64,000 nucleotides of DNA from the NCBI GenBank assembly GCA_046563655.1, contig CM102286.1:2046001-2110000 (forward strand), written 5' to 3'. Of the stretch, positions 59,453-64,000 are shown one piece after another. Origin of the DNA: Yuukianura sp. NJ FZ-2021 (Eukaryota). Position 1 is the first letter of the stretch; each line of letters opens with the position of its first letter. The notes below the pieces were generated by a model. That model saw nothing but the letters and a program-made list of their open reading frames with translations. It was not told the DNA's origin and made no database searches. Made by a program: the position numbers and the translations under genes.

Positions 59453-61804
59453 ATGGATAAATCCTTTACAGAGCTGTTCTTGCCTACGAATCCGATTGGT
59501 CGACCGTTGTACTTGGGTGTGGGTGACCTCAGTCCAGCGATGCTGCCCCACCATCAAGTCCAAGTCCATCCAGCACTTTACCACTGGGCCAAACTACTGC
59601 GTCAACGAGCTCAAGCAACTCAGCAGCACACCCCTTGTCTCACTTCACCCCTCCTTTCCCCCCGAAATTCAAATGTTCCACTCGCACTTACAATAAATCC
59701 AACCTATCTCTCTCCACTGTCGTCGTCCAAGAAGTCTCCATCCAGAACTAGCACTACTTCTTCCGCTTTCTCCCCCATTTCACCCAAGTCTCCACCCACC
59801 CACAACCGACCACCCCCTCAACACTACTTTTACCACCCAGAACTTTTGGCGGGAAGATTTTCAAATTCAGACCCCGATCCACCACCACCGATGCCCCACC
59901 ATGTTCACCACCCCCTCCTTTCACCAGTATATGCACAAGATTTAAGACTCCAACTCAAACTACAACAACTCCTACATTCTCCAGTGTATTCTGCACAACT
60001 GCCTGCTGGAACCAGATCTAATGGTGCCAGATTAGGCGAAGATTCGTACCAGATTCCACTTGCCAGTCCAACAGTAGCTGCCAAGGTCAACTTGAGGTCA
60101 AATGGAGATGAACCAGAACCAGACGTCAATGGCCTGCTTGACCTCTCTATTAAATCCAGAAATGGAACTCCGCTTAAATCACCTACAGAGAATGTCATAA
60201 GTGAGCCCCACCTAAGTTTCAGCCCCACCAAAGACTACGCCAGCCCAACCGGAAGAAAAAGGCCGATTCAAGAGACCCTGGATTTGTCCAGCAGGAAACT
60301 TTCTCCTTCTCAAAGACAAGAAAAATTGACGGTAAGTAAAATTGGCAAAAATTAAAAAAAAAATTCCTTCAAACCTTGAGTCGTTTTGAATACTTTCAAT
60401 TTTAAACTTTTTTTTCTTTTTTAAAGTTTTTGCCCCATGTGGATAATTGTTGGAATTGAAATTGATTTTTTTTTCTTGTTTTTAGGTAATTGGTGCAACA
60501 GATTCGACAAAAAAGTCAACTTTGCCGAAATCTCCGAAAAAGACGAAAGCAGTTCGTCGTTTGCAGTTTGACGAAGACAAATCGTCGCCCGTGTCCGGAA
60601 CGATAATTCGTGACATCAAAGATGCGCTGCAAGACGCCGCTGCGCAAGCGTCTAGAGATGACCAGACAAGAATTGAAGAAACGTCATTGGGCATTCAGGT
60701 AAAACTAAATCTATTGAACTTGATTAAAAATTTGAAAATTTTAAATCTTGAAATTTGAAATTGATTTTTTTGTTTCAATCCTAGGTCACCAGGAGAGGCG
60801 ACATTGACCCTGCTTTTAACACAGTCGAGGTCACAGAGGAGTCTAGAGCTGAACTGGCCAAAATAGACAACAAAATCGGTGCTTACGTGTGTCGCTTGTG
60901 TGCTGAAGAGTACGAAGACGCTTTCGGCCTCGCACGACATCGCTGTGCCTGTATCGTCCATGTCGAGTACAAATGTCCAGAATGTGAAAAAGTCTTTAGT
61001 TGCCCCGCCAATTTAGCATCTCATCGTCGGTGGCATCGTCCCAGAAGTGGTGGGTCGGCAAAGGCAGAAGGTGGGGCCGGTGGGAAAAGTTCAACCAATA
61101 GGAAGACCAAGAGCAGCACCGCCACGGTCACTTCTACTGCGGAACAAGACGGGCTTTTACGCATGAGCAGCAGACCAGAATGGGACATGACTGGGGCTTC
61201 CGAAATTTCGGCTGATGACGACAAAAATAACAACAGGCAAAAGGAGTTGGTTGATGACCCAATGCTCTATTTCAGAAAAGGTAAGATTTTTTGAAAAAAA
61301 AAAGAAAGAAAAAAAATGAAATGTTTCAAAATTTTGATTTTTTTAGATTCAAGATTAACTGAATGCGTCATTTGTCGAAAATCTTTCCCGCATCCGCAAA
61401 TCCTGCAAGCACATTTGGCGACACATTTGACTCCACTACGACCGTCACCTCTGTCGCTTCTCAATGGAGCTTACGCTGCCCACGGTGAGCCAATCAAAAG
61501 AATGATGTCGCCAGACGACCAAATGTCGCCATCACCATCTCCAGCAATGTCGTCTTGCTCCTCCTCAGCAGCGTCATATTCAGCGTCTTCTCCAGACCAT
61601 GACGTACCGTCAATTGAAGTCAAATTCCCGCCAAAACCAGAAAATCAATTGACGCTTGACACTGTGTTTTGTCCGTATCAGTGTCACGTGACCTTTGGTG
61701 ACCTCTCAGAATTAGCCAATCACTTAAGCACAGTACACAGCAGTATTAGTACTTCTGGAGGGTTAACAGGTCTTCTCCAGACGGTAAACCAACAAAGCAC
61801 TTAA
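59453..61804 (+). CDS. nerfin-1: INSM1/nerfin-1/EGL-46 family zinc-finger transcription factor; exons ~59453-60331, 60486-60698, 60785-61280, 61348-61804
   Basis: [54 protein letters not shown]...[41 protein letters not shown], plus two further C2H2 fingers. Confidence 0.92.
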
Positions 61805-63257
61805 AAGTTAAGTTGATTGAAAATTAATTAACTTAATCCAAGATTAACTTAATTAACGTAACATTTGATTCATGGTGACCAGGGTAGGGGTTGAACTGCT
61901 TCGACAATTCTAAACGCATTTTTTATTAACACGAATTTAAAACAATCAAGCGATTAACGTTAACGTCAAGTTTTCATAATTTTTCATTTTCAAAATTTTC
62001 CAGACCTTTGAACCAACCTTTTTTTGAAAAGCTTTTCAGTCTTCTTGAAAGTCAAATTTCAGTTTCATTTGTTTCACAAATTTCCAGGTATGATTCAACT
62101 TTATGTAAAATTTTGTTTAAAATGTAAACTTTTTAGTTGCGCTTGCGCAATAAATTTTCAGGAAATGTATACGAATTTGTATTTAAAAAAATTTAGGGGC
62201 TAAGTGAGACAGTTTTAGGCGTTAAAGTGGGTTTCCCTTTGCTTAATTGAGGTGTGATTGATCTCTTAATTAATTAATTAATTAAAGTGTGAAAATCCAC
62301 TTTTAATTAAAAAGCAGGGATCCGTGAGTGGGAATCTAGTCAATTCCGGTAGGATTATTAAAAGCGCTGACGACTGGCCAAAAACGGGAAAATTTTGACA
62401 AACTTTTTGAAAAAGAAAGTCAAGTTTGCTTTTAATGATCTCAGAGTCATGCATTTAAATAGTCACCTTGTAAGTCAATTAAGTTAAGCTAATTTTTAAG
62501 TCAATTAGTCAAAAACCATAACTATTCTTTCTCTACGTCAGAAACGCCGTAAAGCTTATGGTTTAACATTTTACCAACTTCAAACATTCCAAAATCCGAA
62601 TTCGGCTATTGTAAATTTCATTGAAATGGATTTAAAAAGTTACGTAATGTTAATGTAACTAACCTAGGGCTTCGATTAAGTCGGCATAGACTAACGTAAC
62701 CAAAAAAATGTAGATAAAATTAAAAATTGCTGTTATGTTAAAGTTAACTAGAATTAAATAGTTTTAATGCCTCATACTACCCGAGCGGAGAAATACGAAG
62801 CCAAAGCGTGGACGTAAATCTGTAAGGGGAAATGACGGCAATGAAGGTGGAAAAGTGCAGTATTTCATGTACATAAAAACTAATTAAGTTCGACTAATTA
62901 ACATTTAATGTTATAAACTGGTTACCACAATTGGATATTACAACATGTTAAAAATTTTAATAAAGTTACTGTAAGTTAAAGTTACTTCTAGTACTTGAAC
63001 TTAGACATTTTTTTTCATGCTATTCAGAAGTTGAAAAGTTGAATTTTTTTTCGAATTTTAATGAGTGATCGAATGCGTTGCTTTGGAAAAACTCCCATTA
63101 CATTAGTATAGCGGATGCAGGCCAACACAAAAGTTGAAAACTTTCAAAAAAAGTTGAAGATTTTAAAACTTGTCAAAATTTTAGGGATTTGCATTCAGCC
63201 ATATTGGAGTACTCTTTAGGAAACCCAAATTACTAAATTAATTTAATTTATAACAGC

Positions 63258-64000
63258 ATGAGTCGAGTGAAGCTTGGGAAATTAGTGGTGACTAAAATTT
63301 TAAATTCGGCCGGCAAAAGCGGACAAGCCGGAAAGGCACAGGGAAATGTCATCATTCTTCATGGAACATGTAATAAGGCAAAAACTGAACAAAAAATTTC
63401 AAGAATATCAATTTTCAAAAAAATCTTCAAAATTTTGATTAACTTATGGCCTAGGTGACAGTGGATCTGGAATGAGAGATTGGCTGAAAAGCATCAGTAA
63501 AACGGAATTTAGATTTCCAAAGTACCAAGTACTCTACCCTTCAGCTCCACCCCAAAAATATACGCTTCACAATGGACAGGTTTTTACAAAATTTGGAAAA
63601 TAATCAAAATTTTCAAGTTTCGATTTTCCAAAACTGTAGGAATCAACTGTGTGGTTTGATCGTCTGTCCATTGGAGCAGACATGCCAGAAGACAAAGAAT
63701 CCTTGGACAAGAGCGCTGCCGAATTAACTTCGTTTCTAAAAGATGAGTCCGAACGCAGTGGAATCTCCTTGGAAAAAACTGTTATCGTAAAAAAAAAAAT
63801 CTGAATTTCGTCCAAAATTACGAACTTTTAAATTCATTTTTTTTTCGAATTCCACTTTCACTTAAATTGCAGGGCGGATTCTCATCGGGAGGAATTATGG
63901 TAACGAACGACGCTATTGGTGTTGAAGTAAAAATATTTGAAATGAGCGCGAAAAAGTTACTCCCGCCATTTTTTTTAAACTATAGGCGTTGCATATGGGC
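63258..64000 (+). CDS. LYPLAL1: Lysophospholipase-like 1 (alpha/beta hydrolase), 5' part, continues beyond the window
   Basis: Spliced exons give IILHGTCDSGSGMRDWL...VLYPSAPPQKYT...VWFDR...PEDKESLD...TVIGGFSSGGIMALHMG, with the GxSxG nucleophile motif. Confidence 0.85.

Noticed and set aside
63930..63970. E2F-like sites (GCGCGAAA, TCCCGCC) in a LYPLAL1 intron
   Set aside because: TCCCGC motifs occur throughout the window, so they do not discriminate.

Overview
AT-rich, compact animal (probably arthropod) genomic DNA with short GT-AG introns. The species cannot be determined from sequence alone. Positions 1-18 kb hold a dense housekeeping block: the 3' end of a likely POLR1E/RPA49, then GPS2, ACTMAP, pinin, PPP2R3C, an inducible-type Hsp70 with one intron, bystin and EXOC8. 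Positions 25-45 kb hold a tandem array of 12 intronless METTL7/TMT1-like SAM-dependent (thiol) methyltransferase genes in four subtypes (A-D). Nine are intact, one of them a C/D chimera. One is frameshifted, one internally deleted, one split by a 567-bp hAT-type MITE, and three further fragments are present. The array lies in a long, mostly non-coding stretch upstream of an INSM1/nerfin-type zinc-finger gene (59453-61804). That stretch carries duplicated enhancer-like blocks, a ~50-bp-period repeat/variable-spacer array, an AGTCA-rich tract with miR-279 seed matches, and a minisatellite abutting the nerfin start codon. The window ends inside a LYPLAL1-like gene. Gene names come from recognising protein motifs, not from database searches.
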